Shown here in pieces: positions 9,453 through 19,793 of a stretch of 64,000 nucleotides of DNA (within the stretch, counting starts at the first letter, position 1; the number at the start of each line of letters is the position of its first letter). The stretch lies in assembly GCA_000092065.1 (NCBI GenBank), contig CP000588.1; one strand, written 5' to 3'. Position numbers and translations under genes: made by a program. Origin of the DNA: Ostreococcus lucimarinus. Its lineage: Eukaryota. Below the pieces are notes generated by a model, which worked only from the letters and a program-made list of their open reading frames with translations, was not told the origin of the DNA and ran no database searches.

Positions 9453-10475
9453 ATGGACGCCTCAACGTCGCTCGTGGACGAGTACGCGCGACTTCCTCTC
9501 TGCGCGCGCGCGCTCGTCCCTTATGCGCTCGTCATTGGCTTCGTTTTGAACCCGTTGTTCAGCTTGGATGATTTCGTCGCGTTTTGTCCGGGCGACATCT
9601 TACGCCGCGCGCAGTTCCATCGCGTGTTCGCGTCGTTGCTGTACATCGAGGGCGCGTTCTCCACGCTGCTCGTCGCGTGGGCGGCGTTTCGCGTCGTCGC
9701 GCCCTGGGAGCGTTCGCGAGGGACGTTGAGGACGCTCAGCGACGCCGTCGCCGCGTCGGTTCTCGCGAACGCCACGACGACGTGCTTCGCGACGATCGTG
9801 GGCGCGTTCGTGCCCGCGGTGTTTGAAGTTAACTTTTTAGGAGGCACGGGGGTGTTTACGAGTTGCTTCGTGTTGTTTACGCGCGAAATTGCGCGCGCGC
9901 CGGCGAACACGGATTTGGCGACGCCGTTCGGCGTCGCGATGCCGGCGAAACGCGCGCCGTACGTTACCGCGGTGATTTTGGTGTTTCTGGGAGGGTGTAA
10001 TCCACTCGAAGTGCTGGCGTGCTTGTACGTTGGCAACGCGTGGGCGGCGAATGGGATTGTTTGGGCGACGGCGAGCGACGGTACGCTGGCGCAGCTCGAG
10101 AACGGCGCGCTGCGATTCGCGAGCCGACAGCCCGGATACGTCGCGGTGAACGGGCAGATGTTGCCCGTCGACTCGCGCGATAGTAGCAGCGATAATTCTA
10201 GCTCAACGGCGAGCTCGTTCGTCGAAGGTGTGGCGGCGATGGTGTCCAACGCGGCGCGCGAGGCGAGACGCCGATTCACCGAAACGGCCAATCGAAGCGC
10301 GGCGCCCGCGGCGGCGACCACGCCCGCGGCACCCGCGACGGCAGATGAAGCCCCGTCGGCATCTCGTGGAGTAGATACGAGACCAAAGCCGCAGACGCGA
10401 GAAGAGCGCGCGGCGGCGTTTGCGGCGGCATTCGAGCGGCGAAACTCAGACGACGCAGACGACGACGCGACTTGA
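9453..10475 (+). CDS. multi-pass membrane protein, possibly rhomboid-superfamily-like (inactive rhomboid/TMEM115/derlin-like topology)
   Basis: ATG start. Several clear TM helices are present (LVPYALVIGFVLNPLF; VFASLLYIEGAFSTLLVAWAAF; TTCFATIVGAFVPAVF; GVFTSCFVLF; YVTAVILVFLGG). A soluble Ser/Ala-rich C-tail follows. No catalytic GxSG/His pair could be identified by eye. Confidence 0.4.
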   Translation: MDASTSLVDEYARLPLCARALVPYALVIGFVLNPLFSLDDFVAFCPGDILRRAQFHRVFASLLYIEGAFSTLLVAWAAFRVVAPWERSRGTLRTLSDAVAASVLANATTTCFATIVGAFVPAVFEVNFLGGTGVFTSCFVLFTREIARAPANTDLATPFGVAMPAKRAPYVTAVILVFLGGCNPLEVLACLYVGNAWAANGIVWATASDGTLAQLENGALRFASRQPGYVAVNGQMLPVDSRDSSSDNSSSTASSFVEGVAAMVSNAAREARRRFTETANRSAAPAAATTPAAPATADEAPSASRGVDTRPKPQTREERAAAFAAAFERRNSDDADDDAT

Positions 10476-10555
10476 GTGTCCATAGTCACGACGTCGTGCG
10501 ACGAAGACGACGAAGATTCGATTCGCCACGTCACTCACGCGCGGCGGTCCGGAGA

Positions 10556-11395
10556 ATGAGCAGTGCTCGAGAATCGTTGGTGTTCTCCGCGAAGCTATCA
10601 CAGCAATGCGGCAGAGACGAGGATATGCTCGGAAGCATGCGTACGCTCGCGGCGACGTGCGACGAAGAGCTCACTGACGAAGAACGAAATCTTTTTTCGG
10701 TGGCGTTGAAGAACGTGCTTCAATCCCTGAGATCGAGCATCGCCGTCGCGAAAGCGATGGAACTGCGGGAACGACAGCTTGCGAACGACGACGGGGCGGC
10801 GCTCGCGAAGGGTTATGCGCAGAAGCTGTCCGCAGAGCTCTCGCGTTTTTGCTCTTCGACGATTGAGGCGATAGAGCGACGGTTGTCCACGCCGACGGAA
10901 TCTTCCGCGCACGCGCGCGTGTTTTACCTCAAGCTTCTGGGAGATTACTGGCGATACACGTGTGAAGTTGACATCGACGCCGACAAGCGGGACGAAGCCA
11001 TCGCGCATTGTACCGACGCGTACGAAGTCGGCGTGGAACTCGCCGCGACATCTGGGCTCACCATGTGCGATCCGATACGCTTGGGATTGTACCTGAACCA
11101 AACAGTCTTTCTTTACGAGATCGTCGGGAAACACAGTGGCGCAATCGCCATCTCCAACGCCTGCGTATGCGCATTCGAATCCGCTCGAGAAGCCATCGGC
11201 GTCGCCGACGTCGCCGACGTCGGCGAGGCGATGGCCGACGCGGAAGCGATCGTCCAACTCATGCGAAACAACTGCGTACTGTGGCAGCGTGAACTCGAAC
11301 ACGAGCGCGAGCGCGCGTCCGCTGGTGCGCGCGGCGCGACGGACGACGACGAGATCGATCAACTCCTACAAAAATTACATTTAGCGGCGCGTTAG
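10556..11395 (+). CDS. 14-3-3-like protein (divergent)
   Basis: A real ATG at 10556 gives MSSARESLVFSAKLSQQCGRDEDML...EELTDEERNLFSVALKNV...VFYLKLLGDYWRYTCE...CDPIRLGLYLNQTVFLYEI.... Each block matches a conserved 14-3-3 block ([20 protein letters not shown] / ELTVEERNLLSVAYKNV / FYLKMKGDYHRYLAEF / PIRLGLALNFSVFYYEI). The track ORF starts earlier, at 10472, on a non-ATG codon. Confidence 0.8.
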   Translation: MSSARESLVFSAKLSQQCGRDEDMLGSMRTLAATCDEELTDEERNLFSVALKNVLQSLRSSIAVAKAMELRERQLANDDGAALAKGYAQKLSAELSRFCSSTIEAIERRLSTPTESSAHARVFYLKLLGDYWRYTCEVDIDADKRDEAIAHCTDAYEVGVELAATSGLTMCDPIRLGLYLNQTVFLYEIVGKHSGAIAISNACVCAFESAREAIGVADVADVGEAMADAEAIVQLMRNNCVLWQRELEHERERASAGARGATDDDEIDQLLQKLHLAAR

Positions 11396-11403
11396 ACGCC
11401 GAG

Positions 11404-11976
11404 CTACTCGCGTTGAAATCGAACGAGCGCCTCCGCCAACGCGTCGTATCCAATCTCGCGCAAATTCCGCGCGTTTCTCGCCGGCGTCTCGCGCGCGTCG
11501 ACGGCGAAATCATCCACGGCATCGCTCACGTCGATCTCGCGCAAGATGTGCCACGACGGCCAAGGCGACCGATTCGTAAAATTCCCCGCGGCGTCCGGCG
11601 ATTCGCCCGCGAAAACGAACGACGGGTGAAACGCGACGCACTGCACCTCGCCCTCCAACCCCGACACGACGAGCGCCTCATCGATCACTTCCTGCGCGTC
11701 CAACATCGCGCCGAAATCCCCCGCGAACGCGTCGACGCGCGGCGCGACGACGACGATCGTCGTCCACGCGCCGCCGCCGCCTTCGTCGTCGCTCGCCGTC
11801 GCCGCGAGCGCCGCCGCCTCGCGCACCACCGCCTCGCACGCCCCCGCTTCGCTCGCGTCCTCGCACACGCGCACTCGAAGCTTCGCGCGGCTCGCGAACG
11901 GGCACACGCGCGCGCCGTCGACGACGAACGCGTCGACCCACTCGCGCGTCCGTCGCTCGATGAATTCCGCCGACAT
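11404..11976 (-). CDS. hypothetical protein (about 190 aa), family not recognised
   Basis: The ORF frame 11404..12144 overlaps the neighbouring PTRHD1 gene at its top. An internal ATG (cat 11974..11976) gives MSAEFIERRTREWVDAFVVDGARVCPFASRAKLRVRV...GEVQCVAFHPSFVFAGE...DALAEALVRFQRE. The composition is protein-like, unlike the surrounding Arg-rich frames. Confidence 0.35.
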   Translation of the reverse strand: MSAEFIERRTREWVDAFVVDGARVCPFASRAKLRVRVCEDASEAGACEAVVREAAALAATASDDEGGGGAWTTIVVVAPRVDAFAGDFGAMLDAQEVIDEALVVSGLEGEVQCVAFHPSFVFAGESPDAAGNFTNRSPWPSWHILREIDVSDAVDDFAVDARETPARNARNLREIGYDALAEALVRFQRE

Positions 11977-12227
11977 CGCCTTCGTTCGCGCGCCTCGCGC
12001 GCTCGACCGCGCGCGAACGCGCGCGCGCGCGGCGCGCGGTGACGCGCGCGCGTTCGCGCGCGGTCGAGCGCGCATGCGCGCGCGCGACGCGCGGCGGTGT
12101 GTCGCCTCGTCGAGTGCCGGCGGCCGAGGCGGCGCGGGCGGCACTCATGCGCGCGTCTCTCGCGACCGCGCGCCCGCTCGTCGCGTCCTGGACGCGCGCG
12201 ACGCGCGAACGCGCGCCGACGACGCGC

Positions 12228-12677
12228 ATGCGACGCGTCGACGCGAGCGCGAGCGCGCCCGCGTCGACGAAGACGACGGATGATGAATTGTACCAGTTCA
12301 TCGTTCTGCGGAAAGATTTGGGACGCGCGCTGCGCTGGCCGCTCGGCGCGCTCGCGGCGCAGTGCGCGCACGCGGCGGTGAGCGCGGTGTGGACGTACGC
12401 CGATCGCGAGGACACGCGAGAGTATTGTTCGAAGGAAAACATGGCGAACATGCGCAAGGTGGTGCTGGAGATAAAGAATGAGAGTCAGTTGACGGCGCTG
12501 AGCGAAAAATTGAAAGGAGACGGAATCGAACACGCGCTGTGGAGAGAACAGCCGGAAGACGTGGTGACGTGCCTGGCGACGCGACCGTATCGGCGCAGTG
12601 TGGTGGGGGGGTACTTTAAAAAGTGTAATTTGGCCAAGGACGTGTTCGGCGCGGCGAAAGAGGGCGACTCGTCGTGA
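12228..12677 (+). CDS. PTRHD1: putative peptidyl-tRNA hydrolase PTRHD1 (PTH2-like fold)
   Basis: An ATG at 12228 lies inside track ORF 12039..12677, upstream of which the frame is Arg/Ala junk. ...DELYQFIVLRKDLGRALRWPLGALAAQCAHAAVSAVW...MANMRKVVLEIKNESQLTALSEKLKGDGIEHALWREQPEDVVTCLATRPYRRSVVGGYFKKCNL aligns closely with animal PTRHD1 (VVRGDLGWPLGAVIAQACHAA...KVVLEAPDE..L..L...L.....H.LWIEQPENIATCIALKPY......YLKKFRL). Confidence 0.7.
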   Translation: MRRVDASASAPASTKTTDDELYQFIVLRKDLGRALRWPLGALAAQCAHAAVSAVWTYADREDTREYCSKENMANMRKVVLEIKNESQLTALSEKLKGDGIEHALWREQPEDVVTCLATRPYRRSVVGGYFKKCNLAKDVFGAAKEGDSS

Positions 12678-12719
12678 GGTCGTCGTGTATCACATCGCTA
12701 GTAGAAAGTGTAAGCATCG

Positions 12720-15026
12720 CTAGAACAGACTCGAACTGCTCGGCCAAAGACTTCTTCCATTCGGCGCGCCGTCTTCTTCGTCCTCTTTGTTTGACATGTA
12801 GTCCTCGACCGCGTTCAAGCGGCTTCCCGCGCCGACGTTTAGCCTGCGCTGCAAGCCAAGCAAAGAGCGGTTCACGAGCAGTTTCGTCTTCAACCTAAAT
12901 CGACTGGGCGGGACTTCACCGTTGAGTACGAGCGCGTTGCGCGCGATGGCTTCCCACGCCTCGACCATGGACATGCGCAAGCCGCACGTGCTGAGCATAC
13001 CGCGCAAGAGAAAGACGCTTCGTATCGCGAAGAAGCCCTCTTGCGTGTTTTGTACAATTTTATTCTGCACGAATGGAGAGTTCTTTAGATCCATGACGTT
13101 CATTTCCGCCAAAGGCGACGGCCGCGTATCAAAGTATGCGTACGCGAGCGCGCTCAACGCTTCCGTGGTCGGGCGCTGGAGTCGCACGGTGCCGTGTTCG
13201 CTAATTTCCCGCGCGATGGACACGTGGTCTTCGTTCGCCATGTACAGCGACAACCGACACATGTGCATGCGCTCTACCTCGCTCACGCGCTTGGTTTGTC
13301 CCCAGTCGAGCAAGACTAGCTTTCCATCGTTAGCGACCATGAAATTTCCTGGATGCGGATCGGTGTGGAAGTGACCGTGCTTCAACATCATCACCCCCCA
13401 CGCGGTGAACATTGAGTGAAACACGCCTTGCCAGCCGAACCCACCCGCGCCGTGACACTTGGACACGGGCGTGGGGCAGCGTGGAATTTTGTTCTGCGCC
13501 CGCGCGCGATTGAAAAGCGTCAGCAGTTTCATCCCGCGAACGCGTCGCATGATCAACACGCGACGCGTCGACATTATGACTTGCGGCACGGATATGCGAT
13601 CCGCCAAACCCGCCGCGTCGAGCAACTTTCCAAACTCTTCCGTCTTCGCGCCTTCGATGGTGAAATCGAACTCTTCGTCGACGACGTCCAAGTAAGCGCG
13701 AAAAATGGTCGGGAAATCTAGCCCTTCGTCGAGACCGAGCCAACGCATGGCTTTGGTGGTTTGCAACATGCTCTCGATGTCGCCGATCATCATCGCCGCG
13801 TCCGTCGCTTGCACTTTCACCGCCACTTCACGGCCGTCGAGTAAACGCCCGAAGTGCACCTGCGCGATCGACGCCGTCGCCACAGGCTTACGACTGAGCT
13901 CGGCAAAGTGCTCTCCGAGGTGTCCACCGAGAGATTCCTCCAACGTCTTTCGCACCTCGCGAAACGAAACCGGCGGATTGTTGTCCATGGTTTTCGAAAA
14001 GCACTCAATGTACGGCGCCGGCATCATCTGTTTCGCCGTGCCCGCGATTTGTCCAACCTTTCTATAAAATCCACCGAAATCTTCTATGACGTCTCGCATG
14101 CGCTCGGCCCCCCATTGATGCTGTCGCTCCCACGCCTCGTCGCGCTTTTCGGCGTCGCGAATCCTCGCGATGCGCCTCTTCGCGATCAAATACGACCCAA
14201 TCACCGGCGCCACGCGCATAGAGTAGTCAATCTTCCTCTGTTGTTTCCTCGCCGTGACGCGCATGACGAGCCGCATGCCTTGCCACGTCGCCCACCGCCT
14301 CAAAGTCCCCCTCGCCTTGGCCGGCGCCGCCGCGAGCGCGCGCGCGCACGCCCGCCCTCCCGGTCCCGGAATCTTCCGCTCCACGAATCGCACGATCGGC
14401 GACGCGTCTCCAGTGCGTCGCGTCGACGCCGCCGCGACGATCACCGCCGTCACCACTCCGTGCACCTTCGGCGCCCAGCACCGCAGCGTCGCGCTCGCCG
14501 CCGCGCATCCGAACGCCTTCGCCGCGCCGCCGAGCGCGCGCAACCCGAATCCAACCTTCCCGAGCGCGCTCGCGCGCTTAAACTCCCCCACCGCTCCCAA
14601 CGTCGCCCTTCCCACCACCGCACCGACGCCCGCGAGCCACTCCGCGCCTCGATCGCGCTCTCTCGCCAACCTCTTCGCGCCCCGCTCGAACGCTCGCGGC
14701 CGCTTCATCCGCCGCGGCCGCAGCCGCGCCAACCCGAACCGTTTCATCCGCGTCCTCGCCGGCGTTCGCGCGCTCCGCTGCGACCGTCTCGCGCGACGGT
14801 GCACCGTCAGCGTCGGTCGCGCCGTCGTCGCGTCGTCGCTCGCGCGCGTCGTCGCGTCGTCGTCGCGCCCGTTCGCCTCCCGATGCGGCGCCGTCGCGAA
14901 TCCTTCCCCGCGCGCGCCGTGGAGCCCGTACGCGGGCAGCGGCAGCGCGGGCAGCGGCGGCGGCGGTGCGCGCGCCGCGCGCGCCTCGCCCGCGCCGCCG
15001 TCGTCGCCCGCGCCGTCGCTCGACAT
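12720..15026 (-). CDS. ABC1/UbiB-family atypical protein kinase (ADCK-like), organelle-targeted
   Basis: A 768-aa ORF with an ATG start. It has the ABC1 signature ...VATASIAQVHFGRLLDGREVAVKVQ..., a kinase-like catalytic core ...HTDPHPGNFMV...VLLDWGQ... and a long Arg/Ala-rich presequence. Confidence 0.85.
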   Translation of the reverse strand: MSSDGAGDDGGAGEARAARAPPPPLPALPLPAYGLHGARGEGFATAPHREANGRDDDATTRASDDATTARPTLTVHRRARRSQRSARTPARTRMKRFGLARLRPRRMKRPRAFERGAKRLARERDRGAEWLAGVGAVVGRATLGAVGEFKRASALGKVGFGLRALGGAAKAFGCAAASATLRCWAPKVHGVVTAVIVAAASTRRTGDASPIVRFVERKIPGPGGRACARALAAAPAKARGTLRRWATWQGMRLVMRVTARKQQRKIDYSMRVAPVIGSYLIAKRRIARIRDAEKRDEAWERQHQWGAERMRDVIEDFGGFYRKVGQIAGTAKQMMPAPYIECFSKTMDNNPPVSFREVRKTLEESLGGHLGEHFAELSRKPVATASIAQVHFGRLLDGREVAVKVQATDAAMMIGDIESMLQTTKAMRWLGLDEGLDFPTIFRAYLDVVDEEFDFTIEGAKTEEFGKLLDAAGLADRISVPQVIMSTRRVLIMRRVRGMKLLTLFNRARAQNKIPRCPTPVSKCHGAGGFGWQGVFHSMFTAWGVMMLKHGHFHTDPHPGNFMVANDGKLVLLDWGQTKRVSEVERMHMCRLSLYMANEDHVSIAREISEHGTVRLQRPTTEALSALAYAYFDTRPSPLAEMNVMDLKNSPFVQNKIVQNTQEGFFAIRSVFLLRGMLSTCGLRMSMVEAWEAIARNALVLNGEVPPSRFRLKTKLLVNRSLLGLQRRLNVGAGSRLNAVEDYMSNKEDEEDGAPNGRSLWPSSSSLF

Positions 15027-15115
15027 GGCGCGCGTCGCGCAGTGCCGGTCGTTGCGTCAATCATCGCCTCGCGCGTCGCCGACGTCGCGCGCGCGACGTC
15101 GGCGCGCCGCGAACG

Positions 15116-15267
15116 ATGCGCGCGACGACGTCGTCGACGGCGCCGCGCGCGCGCGACGGCGATCGGCGCGACGGCGAGGCGTCGACGGCGCCGTCTTTGA
15201 CTGATTTGTTCAAACGCCTCGCGCGGACGCACGTCGAGCGACGACGACGCGACGGCGCGGCGGCGCG

Positions 15268-15299
<32 letters not shown>

Positions 15300-18200
15300 T
15301 GGTGCGAGCGATGACGGCGCGGGCGTGGGCGCGCGCGCTGGGCGCGGAGCGACGGACGCTTTCGGGACGCGCGGCGTCGGCGCTCGCGAGACGCGAGACG
15401 CGACGAAGGCGCGACGACGACGAACGAACGAACGACGACGAGGCGCGCGCGATCGGCGCGGATGAGATGTACGTGCGATTGTGCGAGCGGGACGGGGACG
15501 ACGGACGAGCGCGAGCGATGGATGAGATGTTGGCGGCGTTGGAGGCGAGCGCGGGCGAAGACGCGGCGGCGATTCAGAGGTTGGCGTTCGCGCTCGAGGG
15601 AAGCGGTGGTGGTGGGAACGAGCGCGCGAGCGGGGCGGGGGGGCTCGAGAGGATCGATGTCGTCGCGAGCGCGGGGCGGGATTGGAGCGCGGTGCCGGAT
15701 GTCGGTCGGTTGCGAATCGCCGCGGCGACGACGCGAGAGTTCGCGATGGAGGACGACGGCGCGGAGGCGGCGAGACGCGTGCCGGGATTGCGGCACGGTG
15801 CGGTGTTCGGACTCGACCGGGCGGTCGTGGACGAGGGCGACGGCGACGACGACGACGACGACGGCGACGACGATGACCGTGTTGTGAGTGGTGAAATAGA
15901 TAGCGCGAAAGATGACGACGCCGGCGGACGCGACGCCGGCGTCGCGGACAAGGCGCTCGCGTTAGACAGAGGGTCAGGCGACTCTGCGTCGCTTTGGCTC
16001 GCCGCCGCGGCGGATATCGAGACTACGACGTTGCGTTCGTGTTGGGATACGCGAAACGCCGGTGCGCGTGCGACTTCGAGTGCGCTCGACGCGGAAACGT
16101 TTGATCTTGCGTATCGACGCGCGTTTCGGCCGGTGAAGGGGATTGATACCGAGCCCGTCATCGCGAGCGAGCGTGATTGCGCGCACGTCGTCGCAATGGC
16201 GCTCAGTGGGTGTCAAACGAGCGCAGACATACTCGTCGCGGCGGCAGCAAGCACAGGTAGTGGTGTACGCATGCGTTTCGCGTCGAGCTCGACGCTGGCG
16301 TTTAGGAACGCTTTGAAAACTATGGCGTCGGCGGCGGAGCGCCGATGCGAGCTCGACTACGCCGTCAGCCGCATGACGACGCCATACATGCGACCGATGG
16401 CGAGCGCGATACGCGATATTCTTCGCGCCCACGCCGCAGCGTTGCAAGCCATGCCAGAGGCGACGGCGGAACGGCGTCTCGCCGAGCGCGATACTGTTGA
16501 CGACCTGACCGAAACGCAATCGGACGTAGGCGACGTCACGTTACTCGAGGTCACCGTGCACACGAAACGTTTGCGTCGTCAAGTGGATATTATTTTCAAC
16601 CTCATCACCGACGAGCGGTCGTTAGATACTTCTTTGGTGCCGCATCCGGTGTTGATCCGTCGTCTGGAGACGTCGCTGTCGCACGTGGAGGATGAAGAAA
16701 CACCGATGATTCAGTACTTGTATGCGCGAGCGGCAAAACCTATCATCGACGACACCTTGTCTTGGATATACGCTGCGGCGCCGCCGTTTTCGAAGTCAGA
16801 GTTTTTCATAGAGTGCTCGCCAACGTGGTCAAATCTTTCTACATTTCATGAAAGTCCCGTGCGAGGAGGCGCGCCGCCGTGCTGGCTCGGCGGCCGCGCG
16901 CACGATGGCGAAGACGAATTCGCGGAGACCGATACGCTCACCATCGCGCGTGTTCGGTCGAGTGTGAACCCCGCTCTGGCGGTCGATCGAGCGAAAGAAG
17001 TCCTCCGCATTGGTTTGCAGCTTCGCATTTTACAGCGATTGCCGCACACGCGCGGGTTTGCACGCGCTGTGAAAGATGCATTCGTCAAAATTTCGGCGTT
17101 TCAAGCGCACACAGAGCGCGATGCCAGGCAGTGGCTCAATCGAGTGCGCTTGCTCGAATCGCGCGTCGTCGCGCTGGCTCGAGAAAGCACGAACAGCATG
17201 CACGAGATGCGCGCCGCACGAGCGCGAGAGTTGGACTCGGCGAGAGCAGCATTCGTCGCCAAGACGCGCGCCGAAATACTGGCGCGCGAAAAAACGCGAC
17301 TAAGACGTCTTGAGGAGATCGACGAATCGAAGCGAGTGGAGCGTAAAGGGCAGCTCGAAGAGTTGGACGAACGTGAAAAGCAACGTCGCGACGCGCGCGC
17401 GCAAAAGATTGCCGACGAGCGCGCATGGCTTGAAGATCGAGAGGAAAAGCAGCGCGCCTTTGAGCAACAAAAAGTGGAAAAGAAGATGGAAGAAACGCGC
17501 TTACGCCTTGAACAAGAGGATGCGAAATTAGCGTGGTTTCGATGGCACGAAAGCCGTCTGGTGCTTAATGATAAGCGAAGAGCCTTCGTGCGCGCAATGG
17601 AATCAGTGCAAGAAGAAGAAGCAGTGACCGCGCTCGCAAACGCGATGAGCTTAGGTTTCGCGACGTCGCCATCACCGTCGAACGACCTCTTCATCGAGCC
17701 CTTCGAGAGTGTCACGCCAACAGTGATGATTGAAGAAGCCGAAGAGGTGAATGTTATCGAAGAAGACGACATCGCATCAGACGATTTTGCCGACGCTTCC
17801 GAAATGTTCATCGACGAATCCGCGACGTCGTCGCCGTCGACAGTCTTATCCTTACATTCCGCAGATGACGATGAGCGCAGCGTGGATATAAAAGAGAAAG
17901 ACATCGTGGAAACTGTTTCGGCGCCGGACAACATGGACGAGATGCGTGACGGCGCAAAAGATCTTGAAACGCACGACCACACATCTCGAGCGTATTTGGG
18001 TGAAGCTTTCGGCACGCCTTTGCCACTTTTGTTGGAACAAGAAATGCGCGAAATCATCACACGCCAATCCGATGTTTTGGGACGGTACACCACGACAGTG
18101 CTTATGGATCATCTCGCGCTCGAACTTCATCTTGACGCCATCGTTCGGTTCACCATGGGAGGTGAACTCGGCTTCGCGGACGCGCTGCTGAACAATCTAC

Positions 18201-19087
18201 AATCAAAATGCGTCGCCGCACGAGAACGAATGACACAAGGCTCCGCGCGTGTCATGCAAACTGTATTGGAGGGCGCCATCGACGATACAGGTTTGCGAGA
18301 TGACCACATGAGTAAGCGTTTACGTTTATGCGAGAATGCCGATGCGCTGGTGTCTGTTGACCCGTACAATTTGAATTTATCCGCCGCCGTCGAGTGTTCG
18401 TACGCTGCTCCCTGGCCCTTGAACCTTATTTTTGCGGATGCGGGAGACGACCACCCGCTCGCGCACACGAAAATTGCGCTATTGCAAATACGGCACGCGG
18501 CGAGTGCTGTCAAAGATGTTTCGGCGTTGGTACACGCGAGCTCAAGAACGCGAGCTTTACTGGATTCGACGCAAACAAATTTGGATTTGCGTGCGAGGCG
18601 ATTGCGCAAACTATCCTTGCTCGCGTCATCTTTTCAGCATTTCGTCGATGCTCTTCACGGGCATGTGTTCGAAGCCGTACACGTCGGCGCGCGAGGACGC
18701 TTGTTTGCAAGTCTTCGCGACGACGGCGGGAACATCCTCCCACGCAACATCGACGCCCTTCGCGACGTGTTTGATGAATTCTGCGCTCGCACGTACGCTG
18801 CGTGTTTCTTGCGCCCCATCGACACGGCGCTCAAGGCCCTGGTGGACGATGGTTTACAGCTCGCCCTAGAGTTGAAGTCTCTTCTCGCGTCGAGCGACGC
18901 CGAATCGTTACTCGAAGATGGTCTCGCGTGCGCCGCAGCGCAGCAAATCCACTCGAAATTTCACGCGTTGATGACGCAACTGTGCTTCCGCGCGCGCATC
19001 ACTTCCTCCGACACCGCGGTTGGCTTCATCCAACGCGTCGATTTCAACGAATTCTATCTCGGCGCGACCATCGACATGGAATTTTAA
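15116..19087 (+). CDS. gamma-tubulin complex protein (GCP/Spc97-Spc98 family), large member with an internal coiled-coil insertion
   Basis: The GRIP1-type N-domain has ...PMIQYLYARAAKPIIDDTLSWIYAA, equivalent to GCP2 [25 protein letters not shown]. The GRIP2-type C-domain has ...LMDHLALELHLDAIVRFTMGGELGFADALLNNL (compare GCP2 LMEKELVAHLRSIKRYFLMDQGDFFVHFM). The protein ends ...GFIQRVDFNEFYLGATIDMEF (compare ...SVISRLDFNGFYTERL). An E/R/K-rich coiled coil spans about 17150..17560 and poly-Asp tracts lie near the N-terminus. The track ORF begins at a GTG at 14966. The first ATG, at 15116, is used here. Confidence 0.8.
15270..15296. repeat. (GAC)9 microsatellite encoding a poly-Asp tract in the GCP N-terminal region; a second (GAC)n lies at about 15841..15875
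   Basis: A perfect GACGACGAC... run is translated DDDDDDDDD in the GCP frame. The second tract encodes DGDDDDDDGDDDD. Confidence 0.85.
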
Positions 19088-19195
19088 CCACGGCGAGCGC
19101 ATTCGTCGTACAGTAGCGTTCATAGGTAATTACAACAGTAGCGGTCTTAGGTACACGGCGCGACGAGCCCGCATCGCTCGTCGCGCATTATTCAT

Positions 19196-19636
19196 TCACG
19201 CGTCTTCAAACCGTTCGATCGCGCGTTCTTGCTCCGCCGCGATCGCCAGTTGAATTCTATCAATCTCATCCTCGGCGCGTTCGATTTCCCGCGAAATTTC
19301 GCGCGCCTCGCTGAACCGCTCGAGCAACAGTCGCGCGTTCAGGTCGGATTTGAGCCGTCGCACGCGCGCCTCGGCCTCGAACTTTCGCCCGCGCATCTGC
19401 GTGACGTCGTCGTTGACGTAATCGCCGCCGCGCACGCGATTCCGCGCGAGATTTAACGCGCGCTGCTTGATGCAAAGCGCGCGCTCGTGCAAGTCGCCAG
19501 CGTTGTCACCCGCGTGCGTCGCGCGCGCGGGGACGCGGCGCGCGCGTCGGGACGCGCGCGCGCGCGGCGGGGCGGGCGACGCGCGAGTGCGGTCAAACCG
19601 CAAAGCGTTCTCGTGCGCGCGCGCGACGCGCGCCAT
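19196..19636 (-). CDS. possible small coiled-coil protein (146 aa), unknown
   Basis: An ATG-initiated ORF lies between the convergent GCP and UTP10 genes. Its C-terminal half (...ARLLLERFSEAREISREIERAEDEIDRIQLAIAAEQERAIERFEDA) is a clean heptad-like coiled coil. The N-terminal half is Arg-rich and may be artefactual. Confidence 0.25.
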   Translation of the reverse strand: MARVARAHENALRFDRTRASPAPPRARASRRARRVPARATHAGDNAGDLHERALCIKQRALNLARNRVRGGDYVNDDVTQMRGRKFEAEARVRRLKSDLNARLLLERFSEAREISREIERAEDEIDRIQLAIAAEQERAIERFEDA

Positions 19637-19793
19637 CGCGCGATGGCGTCGCGGTCGGCGTAATGCCGCGAACTAACTTTAGACATCGTTAACGGTTTTT
19701 CAAAAAGGCGCCTCGAGTCGCGGCGAATTCGCGCGGTTGTTTGTTCGATCGCTTACATCGCCGCGGAAGCTAGGAGGTGAGAGAATCGGTGGT

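Noticed and set aside
11678-12533. 282-aa and 259-aa minus-strand Arg-rich ORFs
   Set aside because: They overlap the PTRHD1 CDS antisense and the 190-aa gene. They show extreme Arg content (RRRRRR runs) and contain no real protein blocks.
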